A stretch of DNA of 61,766 nucleotides from a virus (taxonomy: Duplodnaviria > Caudoviricetes), in the IMG/VR virus record IMGVR_UViG_3300027756_001348, positions 1 to 61,766 of that record, one strand, 5' to 3'. Position 1 is the stretch's first letter; every line of letters begins with the position of its first letter. A model generated the notes under the pieces. That model saw only the letters and a program-made list of their open reading frames with translations. It was not told where the DNA came from and searched no databases. Made by a program: the position numbers and the translations under genes. Of the stretch, positions 46,980-57,175 are shown one piece after another.

Positions 46980-47213
46980 ATGTTCCATCCACTCAGCGAA
47001 GATCTAAGAGAATACAGTATAGCTCAATTGGAAGCCAAATTATCTGAACTGCGCAAAAAATATTTTCAAAGCCGCAATCCTGAGTTGCGTCAACAAATTG
47101 GAGTGTTTGTGGATGTGTACAATCAAGAACTCAAACAGAGATTGGCAGCAGAACAGTTGAAAATGGCTAAAGAAACCGGAAAAGATCTTGACAATCTCAT
47201 CAATATAGACTAA
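46980..47213 (+). CDS. Small coiled-coil hypothetical protein
   Basis: 77-aa ORF. Confidence 0.65.
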   Translation: MFHPLSEDLREYSIAQLEAKLSELRKKYFQSRNPELRQQIGVFVDVYNQELKQRLAAEQLKMAKETGKDLDNLINID

Positions 47214-47233
47214 AATAAGCATAATAAATCATT

Positions 47234-47749
47234 ATGCGAACAGACAGTTTAGGACTTCCTATATTCGATCATCAAGACGCAGTGGATCTGATCTATCAAA
47301 ACAGATTGGCAGTGTTGCAGGATCTTAGATTTGACAATCACAAAGAAATAGATCATTTCAATCAATCAATAAAATTTACTGGAGTAGGTCAAACTTTGCA
47401 GAAATATCAACCCATGCTGGTGGACGTGAAAGAATTTGATCAGTTGTTGCAATCAGAATGGTTCATGCCCAAAGAGGCTGCCGATTTTGATATTGAATCC
47501 CACATCATCAGCATCACTCCTGCGGGCAGCGAACAAAGAGTTAAAGAAGAATTGGCAGCATTTAAACAGCACAATTATATCAATCTATTAAAGTTTTTAC
47601 ATTATTTGGTACAAAACATGCGATCCAGCAATATGTTGTGGGGAGTGGGCAGAGGCAGCTCAGTGGCTTCCTATGTGCTGTATTTGCTGGGTGTACACAG
47701 GATAGATTCCATCCAATATGGCTTGGACTGGAGAGAGTTCCTTAGATAA
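47234..47749 (+). CDS. Stand-alone fragment of DNA polymerase III alpha (DnaE)
   Basis: R...EL..., WGVGRGSSVASYVLYLLG.H.ID...YGL....FL; ends before the PDxD catalytic motif. Confidence 0.75.
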   Translation: MRTDSLGLPIFDHQDAVDLIYQNRLAVLQDLRFDNHKEIDHFNQSIKFTGVGQTLQKYQPMLVDVKEFDQLLQSEWFMPKEAADFDIESHIISITPAGSEQRVKEELAAFKQHNYINLLKFLHYLVQNMRSSNMLWGVGRGSSVASYVLYLLGVHRIDSIQYGLDWREFLR

Positions 47750-47776
47750 ATACATACATTATAGGAGACAACAAAT

Positions 47777-48076
47777 ATGGCTATCAAACAAAGTGGTAAC
47801 AAAGTTTATCGTACCATGCAGGGCAAACAGATTGATATTGATCTGTTGAGACAACGCAACGAACTGACTCCGGCTGTGGGCAATGCTAGAGTGAATGCTC
47901 GTGGTGATGAATTGGGACCTGGTGGAAAAATTGTTCGCAAACGTGAGGAAGTTTTGGCTGATTATTACAGAGATCATCCACAAACTGTGCCTACTAAACG
48001 ATCTAAAGCACCAGCAGAAGCTGCCAACGAAGAGTGGGTGGAAGATGCTGAAGGAAACTACACTAAGAAAAAATAA
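47777..48076 (+). CDS. Hypothetical protein
   Basis: AGGAG SD; AVGN..VNARGD.LG.GG. Confidence 0.7.
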   Translation: MAIKQSGNKVYRTMQGKQIDIDLLRQRNELTPAVGNARVNARGDELGPGGKIVRKREEVLADYYRDHPQTVPTKRSKAPAEAANEEWVEDAEGNYTKKK

Positions 48077-48079
48077 ACT

Positions 48080-48439
48080 ATGAGTTCATATCATACTCTC
48101 GAAGGAGACTTGATCCCGATTAAAGATCGTGTGATTGTGAGCGACATGAGCTTTGATTCATTCAAAACCAAAGGCGGTATCATACTCACTGCAGATGATG
48201 GCAAGGTGCATGGTATCAAACCCAGATGGGCCAAAGTGTATGCCAAAGGCCGAGACAACACAGATGAATATGTGGTGGGTGATTATATCTTGGTGGAACA
48301 CGGCAGATGGACCAGAGGTGCCAAAATCAAAACTGATGGAGTGGAACACACAGTAAGAATGGTGGAAGCCGAAAGTGTGCTGTTGTGGGCCAAACAAAAA
48401 CCAGAAGATTGGTACGTGGCCAAAGAAAGTCAGCTGTAA
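48080..48439 (+). CDS. groES: GroES-like co-chaperonin
   Basis: PI.DRVIV, KT.GGIIL mobile loop, VGD.ILV. Confidence 0.8.
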   Translation: MSSYHTLEGDLIPIKDRVIVSDMSFDSFKTKGGIILTADDGKVHGIKPRWAKVYAKGRDNTDEYVVGDYILVEHGRWTRGAKIKTDGVEHTVRMVEAESVLLWAKQKPEDWYVAKESQL

Positions 48440-48444
48440 AACAC

Positions 48445-48473
48445 TTGACATTCATCACTGTTTCGCATATACT
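48445..48473 (+). promoter_or_regulatory. Sigma70-type promoter, leaderless transcript
   Basis: TTGACA-N17-TATACT, ATG 6 nt downstream. Confidence 0.85.
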
Positions 48474-48479
48474 AACAGT

Positions 48480-48647
48480 ATGAAATTTCCTGAAACTAGA
48501 AGTCCTGGATTGAACAACACTGGTGTGGTGGGCATTGTGCTAATGACACTGCACATTTTGGGATATCTTGTGGGTTGGTGGTGGATGTTGTTATACATAC
48601 CATTCATAATGTCTGGCATAGGACAAGAATACATTAGAAGAAACTAA
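48480..48647 (+). CDS. Small membrane protein (55 aa)
   Basis: Hydrophobic; follows the promoter. Confidence 0.6.
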   Translation: MKFPETRSPGLNNTGVVGIVLMTLHILGYLVGWWWMLLYIPFIMSGIGQEYIRRN

Positions 48648-49564
48648 TGAAAGAACTTTGGACAGAAAAGTATAGACCTCGCACATTAGATCAATATGTG
48701 TTTAGAGATGAACATCAAAAGAAACAGATTCAAACTTGGGTCAAAGACAAGAGCATACCACATTTGTTGTTCAGCGGGAACGCAGGCATAGGCAAGACCA
48801 CCCTAGCTAAAATATTATTAAATGAATTGCAAGTGAATGATCTAGACGTGCTGGAAATCAATGCCAGTAGAACCAACTCAGTGGATGACGTGAGAGCAAA
48901 GATTGTTAATTTTGTGCAAATGATTCCATTTGGAGATTTCAAAGTGGTATTGCTGGATGAGGCAGATTATCTCAGTCCCAATGCACAGGCAGCTCTGCGT
49001 GGAGTAATGGAAGAATATCATACCACGTCAAGATTCATACTGACCTGCAACTATCCCAACAGAGTGATCCCAGCGCTGCACAGCAGATGTCAAGGATTCC
49101 ACATTGAGCGTGTGGATCAAACAGAATTCACAGCTAGAGTGGCAGAGATATTAATGAAAGAAGGAGTAACTCCTGATTTAGAAACCTTAGACACTTATGT
49201 CAAAGCCACATATCCTGATCTAAGAAAATGCATCAACGTGGTGCAGATGAATGCACAGAATGGCACATTGATGAAACCACAAAAGAGTGATATGAATGAA
49301 ACTGATTACAAACTAGGCATGGTTGAACTGTTCAAAGCAGGCAAAATTACAGAAGCAAGGAAGTTGGTGTGCAGTCAAGTTAGACCAGATGAAGTGGAAG
49401 ACATATTCAAATGGATGTATGACAATGTCACACTGTTTGGCAATGAATCTCGTCAAGAAAAAGCCATAATGATTATTAAACAAGGGCTGGTGGATCACAC
49501 ATTGATAGCAGATCCTGAAATAAATCTTTCTGCTACCATGATCAAACTTTCCCATATGGAATAA
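48647..49564 (+). CDS. Sliding-clamp loader subunit (RFC/T4 gp44-like)
   Basis: LWTEKYRP, GNAGIGKT, LDEAD, SRC. Confidence 0.93.
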   Translation: MKELWTEKYRPRTLDQYVFRDEHQKKQIQTWVKDKSIPHLLFSGNAGIGKTTLAKILLNELQVNDLDVLEINASRTNSVDDVRAKIVNFVQMIPFGDFKVVLLDEADYLSPNAQAALRGVMEEYHTTSRFILTCNYPNRVIPALHSRCQGFHIERVDQTEFTARVAEILMKEGVTPDLETLDTYVKATYPDLRKCINVVQMNAQNGTLMKPQKSDMNETDYKLGMVELFKAGKITEARKLVCSQVRPDEVEDIFKWMYDNVTLFGNESRQEKAIMIIKQGLVDHTLIADPEINLSATMIKLSHME

Positions 49565-49565
49565 C

Positions 49566-49877
49566 ATGTACAGAGCCAGTCACATATTAGTCAGTTATCA
49601 AGGTGCTACCAGATACACAGGTGTAAAAATCCAAGAAGAAGCATTATTTGAAGCTGTTAGAATAAGAAATGAAATTGCTCAAGGTATGATCACATTTGAA
49701 GATGCTGCTGTGAAATACAGTGATTGTCCCAGCAAAGTTAATCAAGGCAATCTAGGCACATTCAAACCCAACACCATGGATCAAGATTTCGTGGCTTTCA
49801 TAGACACATTGCAAGTGGGTGAAGTCAGTGGAGTTTGTCCCACAGTGTACGGCTATCACATCATACGCAAGAATTAA
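49566..49877 (+). CDS. Parvulin-type peptidyl-prolyl isomerase
   Basis: RASHIL, FE.AA..YSDCPS...G.LG.F, T.YGYHII. Confidence 0.9.
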   Translation: MYRASHILVSYQGATRYTGVKIQEEALFEAVRIRNEIAQGMITFEDAAVKYSDCPSKVNQGNLGTFKPNTMDQDFVAFIDTLQVGEVSGVCPTVYGYHIIRKN

Positions 49878-50593
49878 TCACCATACACATCCAACACTTC
49901 ACGCACAGCAGGATGACGTTCAATGTCTCCTTTGTGGAAAGTTACCACATCTATGCGATTGGCAACATTCTGACGATTTAATTTTTCAATAAAATCCAAC
50001 AGTCCGTTGTTGTGTTGTCTGTCTGCTTGATTAAGATCACCTGTCACTGCCATCTTGGATCCTGCACTCAGTCTGGTCAACAGCATTTTCATCTGACTTT
50101 GTGTGGTGTTTTGACACTCATCTGCCACAATAAAAGCCTTCACAAAGTTTCTGCCTCGCATGAATGCCAAAGGTGCTATTTCAACCACACCTTCATACAG
50201 CATGTTGCGCAGATCCTGTGTTCTAAAATATTCCTGAAACACATCAAATATAGGACGTGTCCAAGGAGCCATTTTTTCCTCCAGTGTGCCTGGTAAAAAA
50301 CCTATGTCCTCATCCACGCTCACAGCTGGTCTGGTGATTATGATACGATCCACCTTGCGTTCTTTGAACATTTTGATGGCCACCTGCACCGCTAGCAAGG
50401 TCTTACCAGTGCCTGCAGGACCCACACCGAATACTATGTCTTTGGCAGGGTCTAACAGTTTGATTAGATAGGACTCTTGATTCTTGTTGCGGGGAATTAT
50501 TTGGACATCTTTTTGTTTTTCTATTTGATATTGATTGATTTGCAGTACATTATTGTGTTTAGAGCGCTTTTTGAAAGCATTTTTTGAACCCAT
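49874..50593 (-). CDS. phoH: PhoH-like ATPase
   Basis: GPAGTGKT, RPAV, GFLPG, MRGR, DE.QN, GD..Q.D, RHP; AGGAG SD before ATG 50593. Confidence 0.95.
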   Translation of the reverse strand: MGSKNAFKKRSKHNNVLQINQYQIEKQKDVQIIPRNKNQESYLIKLLDPAKDIVFGVGPAGTGKTLLAVQVAIKMFKERKVDRIIITRPAVSVDEDIGFLPGTLEEKMAPWTRPIFDVFQEYFRTQDLRNMLYEGVVEIAPLAFMRGRNFVKAFIVADECQNTTQSQMKMLLTRLSAGSKMAVTGDLNQADRQHNNGLLDFIEKLNRQNVANRIDVVTFHKGDIERHPAVREVLDVYGD

Positions 50594-50703
50594 CGACTCT
50601 CCTTTGTTGAAGATAATGTACAAATATTTATCGGTATTAACACATAATAAAACTAGTATGTTATAAGCCACTGTGTGGCTAAATACACTGGATAGGTACA
50701 ATT

Positions 50704-51213
50704 ATGCATGACACAGCAGATATTTTAAAAAACATAGAGACCATATACAGCAATGACAATGCCTTTGCCATTATCAAAGACTTTGAAAGAGTGCTGGATG
50801 AGTTGGATTTGTATGTGTATGACAACTGGAAAGATGGTGAACTGATTGAAGGACCCATCATGACCAAGCATTATGTATCATGCAAATTCATGTGGCCCAT
50901 GAAGCAGATGCCAGACCCTATGGGTGGCAAAAGATTATTGGATTATGACTGCAAGGTCACATACAAAAAAGATCAATTGATTGCTCCTCGAAAAATTGTG
51001 GAACCAGATGATGTGAGACCAGGCACCAAAAAAGGCAAGTTGGACACCATGCCCATTTGGATAGTGGAAATCACCATGCCCATTAATCTTATGAAAAATA
51101 TCTATGACGGCATGCAGAATCAGCTGCAATACAGCAATGAACCAGTCAAAGATGCTGTGGTGCCAGACATTCAACCTGCGGAGCAAATTCAACCCATAAC
51201 TGCAGAGACATAA
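50704..51213 (+). CDS. Hypothetical protein
   Basis: DFERVLD, MPDP.GG.RL; CTAAATA upstream. Confidence 0.7.
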   Translation: MHDTADILKNIETIYSNDNAFAIIKDFERVLDELDLYVYDNWKDGELIEGPIMTKHYVSCKFMWPMKQMPDPMGGKRLLDYDCKVTYKKDQLIAPRKIVEPDDVRPGTKKGKLDTMPIWIVEITMPINLMKNIYDGMQNQLQYSNEPVKDAVVPDIQPAEQIQPITAET

Positions 51214-51214
51214 A

Positions 51215-51925
51215 ATGGCATTGAACAAACACGATCTCAAATACTGTGTGGACCATATCTTTGAAGTGGATTCATATCAATCCAAAATGGGCACTGATGA
51301 AAAGATAGTGGTGTTGAGTTTCAGAGTCAAACCCATGCAGGCTGCAGAAGATCTTGTTAATTTTATTGAAAAAGGCTATGAATTTGTGTTGGACGCAGAC
51401 AAGACCAGCGGTGAACAGTCAGATGGTTACTACAGAGTGTTTGTGGAAATGGAACGCAACAGACACGCGGGCAAACAGATCACTGAAATTTTAGATGGCA
51501 TTAAGAAAGTGGCTGACATTAAAGAATTCAAATTTAGATACTACAAAAATTTTAGAAGTCAATCAGCAGATCAAAACACACTGGAAACCATTATACCCAA
51601 AGATGGCAATGAGTACAGCATACGCAAAAACGAAACTGCTATGGAGAATTACAAAAATTTCTTTGCCAACAGTTATGTGGATGAAGTGATTATGGAAGAC
51701 AACATAATTACATTCAGCAAAAAATATGCTGAGCCTTTGCATTTTAAATTTGTGGATCACGGTGTTACTGTGGATAAATTAAAACAGATCACAGAATCCT
51801 ACAGTGCCAACAGCTTTCCTGAAGTGCTCTATCTTACCAAGTATCTAGGCGATTATAATATAAGTATCTACGGCACAAAATATGTGCTGGAAAACAATCG
51901 TCACTGCGTAATACTAGAAAAATAA
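51215..51925 (+). CDS. Hypothetical protein
   Basis: 236-aa ORF, tightly packed. Confidence 0.7.
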   Translation: MALNKHDLKYCVDHIFEVDSYQSKMGTDEKIVVLSFRVKPMQAAEDLVNFIEKGYEFVLDADKTSGEQSDGYYRVFVEMERNRHAGKQITEILDGIKKVADIKEFKFRYYKNFRSQSADQNTLETIIPKDGNEYSIRKNETAMENYKNFFANSYVDEVIMEDNIITFSKKYAEPLHFKFVDHGVTVDKLKQITESYSANSFPEVLYLTKYLGDYNISIYGTKYVLENNRHCVILEK

Positions 51926-51926
51926 T

Positions 51927-52412
51927 ATGTTTGGACTATTTGGACAGGTAAAAATGGTATTCACCATCATAATGCTGCTGGGCGTGGCAGGTGCTGGTGC
52001 TTATGTGTTAAAACTGAGAGGCGACAATGCCATACTCAAAGGCAATCAAATCAAAATGGAACAGGCTTTGGAAACACAGACCAAATTTATTGAGGATCAA
52101 AAGAGAGACTTCGAAGCCATACTCAAAGCCAATCAAGAAGTGAACAAGTTGGTGGGCACACTGAAAAAAGACATAGATGATTTGGATAAAAGATTCAACA
52201 AGGGCACACGTGACCTAGGCAAGACAGCAATTGAAAGACCCGATGCCATGGAAAGAATTGTCAACAAAGCATCAGACAAAGCGCTGAGATGTGTGGAGAT
52301 CGCAGGTGGATCACCATTAACTGAAGCAGAAAAAACAGCCACTAAGAAATCAGAGATCAATTCTGAGTGTCCAGCCATTGCAAATCCTCGTTATAAAGAA
52401 TACAACAATTAA
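51927..52412 (+). CDS. Putative i-spanin (TM plus coiled coil)
   Basis: N-terminal TM, periplasmic coiled coil, 2 Cys. Confidence 0.5.
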   Translation: MFGLFGQVKMVFTIIMLLGVAGAGAYVLKLRGDNAILKGNQIKMEQALETQTKFIEDQKRDFEAILKANQEVNKLVGTLKKDIDDLDKRFNKGTRDLGKTAIERPDAMERIVNKASDKALRCVEIAGGSPLTEAEKTATKKSEINSECPAIANPRYKEYNN

Positions 52413-52413
52413 C

Positions 52414-52818
52414 ATGATTAAAATAATCACCATCATCACACTGAGCTTGTTTCTTACTAACTGCAGTTTATTGGGAGAAAAAGTGATCAAAGTGCTTACA
52501 CAAGAACAAAGCAGAGAGAAATTGAACCTCAAGACTCCCACGTTGGAAGAGATGGAGAAGCTGAGATGGATCGTGATCACCAGCAACAATGCCCAAGAAG
52601 TATTTGCCAAAATGAAAGCAGAAGGATTGGATCCTGTGCTGTTTGGATTGAGTGATGAAGACTATGAGCTATTGGCCAAAAATTTTGCACAGATTCGCAG
52701 CACTCTAAAACAAACACAAGACATATTGGATCGTTATAAAGAATATTATGAAGGAACAACTAAAAAAGATAACAGCACAAACGACTCAGTGGCTCCAAAC
52801 AGCAGCGATAAAAAGTAA
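52414..52818 (+). CDS. Putative o-spanin lipoprotein
   Basis: Lipobox LTNC; directly follows the i-spanin candidate. Confidence 0.5.
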   Translation: MIKIITIITLSLFLTNCSLLGEKVIKVLTQEQSREKLNLKTPTLEEMEKLRWIVITSNNAQEVFAKMKAEGLDPVLFGLSDEDYELLAKNFAQIRSTLKQTQDILDRYKEYYEGTTKKDNSTNDSVAPNSSDKK

Positions 52819-53164
52819 AACTTTTTTTTCCCACGCTGTTCAACATTCAGCCATGGTGTTTGCCAAGATTACTCACGCAGTGAAGTTAATAATCACAGCC
52901 ATCAAATATGGGTATCAGATAGCAAAGAAGATTGTGTTAATCACAGGTAAATTCATCTATTGGCTGTATGACAGTATTGCTGCCATATTTAGAAAAGTTC
53001 CGGCAGAGTTGACCTACTGGCACGATGGAGTGCAGAATGTGGTACAGGTGGATGATTTTGTGGAATTGGCACCCAATATGATACAGTATGAGGACAGCGA
53101 CAGCAAAAAAAGAGTCAAAGTCAAAGCCGAATATCCCATCAAATACATTCTAAAAGAAAAATAA
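52748..53164 (+). CDS. Hypothetical protein
   Basis: Fills the gap to dnaJ; start uncertain. Confidence 0.5.
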   Translation: MKEQLKKITAQTTQWLQTAAIKSKTFFSHAVQHSAMVFAKITHAVKLIITAIKYGYQIAKKIVLITGKFIYWLYDSIAAIFRKVPAELTYWHDGVQNVVQVDDFVELAPNMIQYEDSDSKKRVKVKAEYPIKYILKEK

Positions 53165-53210
53165 ATTTCTATCACTTGACTTTTGACAGAAAACCACTAT
53201 ATTATAACAT

Positions 53211-54062
53211 ATGGATCCTTACAAAGTTTTAGGTGTTGATCGTAATACCAATGAAAATGACTTGAAAAAAGCCTACAAGAGCAAGGCCATGAAACACCAT
53301 CCGGACAAAGGTGGTGATGAAAACAAATTCAAAGAATTAAACGAAGCCTACGACATACTGAAAGACCCTCAAAAAAAGGCTGCCTATGATAGATATGGCA
53401 CCACCAATGTGCATCAGCAGGGTGGTGATAATTTTCATTATAATTTCAATGGTGACATCAATGATATATTCAACAATTTCTTTGGAGGCGGAGGAGGACC
53501 ATTTCAAAGAGCCAGCACATTCAGATCCAATCCTCGCAATGCAGACATCAACATAGAAGCCACTTTGGATCTTGAAGATGTGATGAACGGTAAAGCATTG
53601 ATTGCCAGTTATAGATTGCCCAATGGACGTCAAGAGAGTGTGAACATAGACATTCCTCCTGGAGCAGAACACAACAACATGATTAAATTTTCTGGACTAG
53701 GATCTGATTCTGTATCCAATGCTCCACGTGGTGATCTCATAGTGAGAATTAAAATATTAAGGCACAAAACTTGGGAACGAGACGGCATAAATTTGCACAC
53801 AAAATTGAAGGTCAATATGTTTGATCTCATATTGGGCACAAGAAAAGAAATTCGCACATTGTCCAAAAAGAACCTGTCAGTCAGCATACCCAAAGGCACA
53901 CAGATAGGCACTGTGTTCAATATCACAGGTGAAGGCCTGCCCAACATACACAACAATCGTCAGCGCGGTAATCTTTATATCACCATTGTGGCAGAAACTC
54001 CCACAGTGGAAAATGCAGAATTGTTGCAGAGGATAAAAAACATACGTGATGAACTTAATTAA
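53211..54062 (+). CDS. dnaJ: DnaJ/CbpA-type co-chaperone (no Zn finger)
   Basis: J domain with HPD, G/F linker, GDL and G.GLP C-terminal domain; TTGACT promoter at 53176 with near-zero leader. Confidence 0.92.
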   Translation: MDPYKVLGVDRNTNENDLKKAYKSKAMKHHPDKGGDENKFKELNEAYDILKDPQKKAAYDRYGTTNVHQQGGDNFHYNFNGDINDIFNNFFGGGGGPFQRASTFRSNPRNADINIEATLDLEDVMNGKALIASYRLPNGRQESVNIDIPPGAEHNNMIKFSGLGSDSVSNAPRGDLIVRIKILRHKTWERDGINLHTKLKVNMFDLILGTRKEIRTLSKKNLSVSIPKGTQIGTVFNITGEGLPNIHNNRQRGNLYITIVAETPTVENAELLQRIKNIRDELN

Positions 54063-54543
54063 ACACCCCAACGATTGGTTGACTCGCACAGTAAAAGATT
54101 TCGATTTTAACAGTTTAGATGCAGAAAAAATTGAAAAAGATATGATACAAACCATGGTGAGTGAAAAAGGCATAGGACTGGCTGCCAACCAAGTGCAGTT
54201 GGATGCCAAAATATTTGTGATGCAACCACACAACCTGCCTAAAATTAACGCACCATTTGCAGTGATTAATCCTGTGATTGAACAAGCCACTACTGAGCTG
54301 GTATTGATGGAGGAAGGCTGTTTAAGTTTTCCAAAATTGCATCTTAAAATAAGTAGGCCTCACACCATAACGGTTAAATATATTGACAGCAGACAAAAAG
54401 AATGTATAATGATATTAAGTGAAATAAATGCAAGAATTTTTTTACATGAATTTGATCATTTGTATGGAATTAACTTTATCGACAGAGTCAGCAAACTGAA
54501 ACTGGAGATGGCCTTTAAGAAACAACAAAAATTACTCAATTAA
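54046..54543 (+). CDS. def: Peptide deformylase
   Basis: GIGLAANQ, EGCLS, HEFDH. Confidence 0.95.
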   Translation: MMNLIKHPNDWLTRTVKDFDFNSLDAEKIEKDMIQTMVSEKGIGLAANQVQLDAKIFVMQPHNLPKINAPFAVINPVIEQATTELVLMEEGCLSFPKLHLKISRPHTITVKYIDSRQKECIMILSEINARIFLHEFDHLYGINFIDRVSKLKLEMAFKKQQKLLN

Positions 54544-54544
54544 T

Positions 54545-56791
54545 ATGGTAGAACCCAGCGACGAACTACAACGCATATTTGACAAAGCAGTGGAAGATGC
54601 TGCCAAGCTCAAACACGAATATGTCACAGTGGAACACCTGCTGTTTGCCATGCTGTGCTATGACAAATTTATGAAGGCTCTAACAGATTTTGGAGCTGAT
54701 GCAGAATCATTAAAGAAAAATCTTGAAACATATCTCAAAGAAAGATTAAAAGAGATAGAACTGATTAGCCCTCCTGCCAAATACAAACCCAAAAAGACTG
54801 TGAGTGTGGAAAGAGTACTCAACAGAGCATTCACACAAACATTATTCAGTGGTAGGCAACGAATAGAACTTACAGATGTATTTCTCAGCATGATGAGCGA
54901 GAAAAAGAGTCACAGTTATTTTTATATTGTTAAAGCCAATATTGACAAAGAAAAATTTGCTGATTTTTTAAACTCTGAGGTAGAGACAGAATTTGGAGTG
55001 GAAGAAAACGCATCGGTCACACAGAGAGCATTGAATCTTTACACCACTAATTTAAATGCTGAAGCTAAAAAAGACAAGATAGATCCAGTGATAGGTCGTC
55101 ACGCTGAGTTGGATCAAATAGCATTGGCTTTGGGCAGAAGAATGAAGAACAATGTGATCCTAGTGGGTGACCCAGGAGTGGGTAAAACTGCCATAGCAGA
55201 AGGATTGGCATTGAACATTGTGACCAATAAGGTGCCAGAATTTTTAAAAGAATATCAAGTGTACAACTTGGACATAGGTGCCATGTTAGCGGGCAGCAAA
55301 TACAGAGGAGATTTTGAAGAAAGATTCAAAATGGTGTTGCAAGCATTGAAGAAAAAAGGCAAGACCATTGTGTTCATAGACGAAGCACACAACATCAGCG
55401 GAGCAGGATCAGGCGGTGGAGACAAAGGATCCAATGACTTGGCCAATCTATTAAAACCTGTGTTGACCAAAGGCACACTTAAAGTTGTGGCCAGTACCAC
55501 TTGGGAAGAATACAGAAAATATTTTGAAAAGGATCGTGCTCTCATGCGCAGATTCCAAAGGATCACTGTGGATGAACCCACACAAGCAGTGACCATAGAC
55601 ATCCTTAAAGGTCTGAAGAAATACTATGAAAATTATCACAAGGCACAGATCACTGATGCTGCCATTGAAACAGCAGTCAAATTGAGTTGTAAGTATCAAA
55701 CAGATAAAAAGTTGCCTGACAAGGCCATTGATCTAATAGATTTAGCGGGCAGCAGATTCAATATTGCTCCCAAAGACACACGCATCATAGACTCTGCGGA
55801 GATAGAGTTTGAATTAAGCAAAGTGATCACTATACCGGTGGAGACCATACAGCAGAGAGAATCCAACAACCTAGCCAATCTTGAGAAGAACATGAAAGCA
55901 GAAGTGTATGATCAGGATGAAGCTATCACCAATATTGTGGACAAAGTATTAATCTCTCAAGCAGGGTTGAAACGTGAGAACAAGCCCATAGGATCTTTCA
56001 TATTCATGGGACCAACTGGTTGTGGAAAAACTGAAACTGCCAAACAGTTGAGCAAACATCTTGGTGTGAAAATGGTGAGATTTGACATGAGTGAATATCA
56101 AGAAAAACACAGCATCAGCAAATTGATAGGATCACCTCCAGGCTATGTGGGCTATGAAGAAAATGCTGGACTGTTGATCACCAAAATACAAGAGTCTCCC
56201 AACTGTGTGTTGCTGTTGGATGAGATTGAAAAAGCCCATCCTGATGTGAGTCAAATACTGTTGCAGATCATGGATGAAGGCACAGTGAGCGGCAGCAACG
56301 GCAAAGTGGCAGATTGTAAAAATTTAACACTGATATTGACCACCAACTTGGGAGCAGAACAGTCAGAAAAAGGCAGCATAGGTTTTGGCGATACTATGGA
56401 TGAGGGATATTCCGACACAGCATTTAGAAAGTTCTTTACTCCAGAATTTAGAAACAGATTGGATGGCATAATCACATTTAAAAAATTAAGTAAACCTACC
56501 ATGATCAAAGTGGTGGGCAAATTCTTAACAGATCTTAAAACATATCTAGTGGAGAAAAAAATACAGGTCACTGTGACTGATGAAGCCATAGATTATCTAG
56601 TGGACAAAGGCTTTGATCCCAAGATGGGAGCAAGACCCATGCAGAGATTGATAGATCAGGAGATTAAAACTCCTATGGCTAAGGAATTATTGTTTGGCAA
56701 ACTTAAGAATGGTGGTAAAGTGACCATCAACGCTGTGGACAATAAGATAGTGCTGGAAACCATAGAGTCTATGACCTCACACACAGCCTAG
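54545..56791 (+). CDS. clpA: ATP-dependent Clp protease ATP-binding subunit ClpA
   Basis: Clp N-domain, two AAA modules ([16 protein letters not shown]), IGF ClpP-docking loop, no ClpB middle domain. Confidence 0.93.
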   Translation: MVEPSDELQRIFDKAVEDAAKLKHEYVTVEHLLFAMLCYDKFMKALTDFGADAESLKKNLETYLKERLKEIELISPPAKYKPKKTVSVERVLNRAFTQTLFSGRQRIELTDVFLSMMSEKKSHSYFYIVKANIDKEKFADFLNSEVETEFGVEENASVTQRALNLYTTNLNAEAKKDKIDPVIGRHAELDQIALALGRRMKNNVILVGDPGVGKTAIAEGLALNIVTNKVPEFLKEYQVYNLDIGAMLAGSKYRGDFEERFKMVLQALKKKGKTIVFIDEAHNISGAGSGGGDKGSNDLANLLKPVLTKGTLKVVASTTWEEYRKYFEKDRALMRRFQRITVDEPTQAVTIDILKGLKKYYENYHKAQITDAAIETAVKLSCKYQTDKKLPDKAIDLIDLAGSRFNIAPKDTRIIDSAEIEFELSKVITIPVETIQQRESNNLANLEKNMKAEVYDQDEAITNIVDKVLISQAGLKRENKPIGSFIFMGPTGCGKTETAKQLSKHLGVKMVRFDMSEYQEKHSISKLIGSPPGYVGYEENAGLLITKIQESPNCVLLLDEIEKAHPDVSQILLQIMDEGTVSGSNGKVADCKNLTLILTTNLGAEQSEKGSIGFGDTMDEGYSDTAFRKFFTPEFRNRLDGIITFKKLSKPTMIKVVGKFLTDLKTYLVEKKIQVTVTDEAIDYLVDKGFDPKMGARPMQRLIDQEIKTPMAKELLFGKLKNGGKVTINAVDNKIVLETIESMTSHTA

Positions 56792-56811
56792 CAATAGGAC
56801 TAAATATACAC

Positions 56812-57174
56812 ATGCCAGCATACAGCGAAACAATACTGCCAGCCACGGATCATCCCAATGACAGCACCACGGAAACGGTGTTGGGACAGCAATTCAAAGG
56901 TGATGGATACTATGGTCGCAGCGATGGTTTTCATACCATACAGATCACAGTGACAGGTTTTGAAGGCAACATTCGCATGCAAGCATCATTGGCCACTGCA
57001 CCCACTGCCACAGATTGGTTTGATGTGACTGGTACCACGCACACTGCTCCCACAGCGGTTCATGCCAACAGCACAGGTAGTTTTTTTTACAATTTTACTG
57101 GTAATTTTGTGTGGGTAAGAGCCAAAGTGATCTACACAGAAGGCAACATAAACTCAATTAAATTGAATCATTAA
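56812..57174 (+). CDS. Beta-rich virion-type hypothetical protein
   Basis: GDGYYG.SDG.HT, NFTGNFVWVRA; CTAAATA 5 nt upstream. Confidence 0.65.
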   Translation: MPAYSETILPATDHPNDSTTETVLGQQFKGDGYYGRSDGFHTIQITVTGFEGNIRMQASLATAPTATDWFDVTGTTHTAPTAVHANSTGSFFYNFTGNFVWVRAKVIYTEGNINSIKLNH

Positions 57175-57175
57175 T

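Noticed and set aside
49874-49877. Shared TTAA stop overlap of convergent parvulin and phoH
   Set aside because: Ordinary genome compaction
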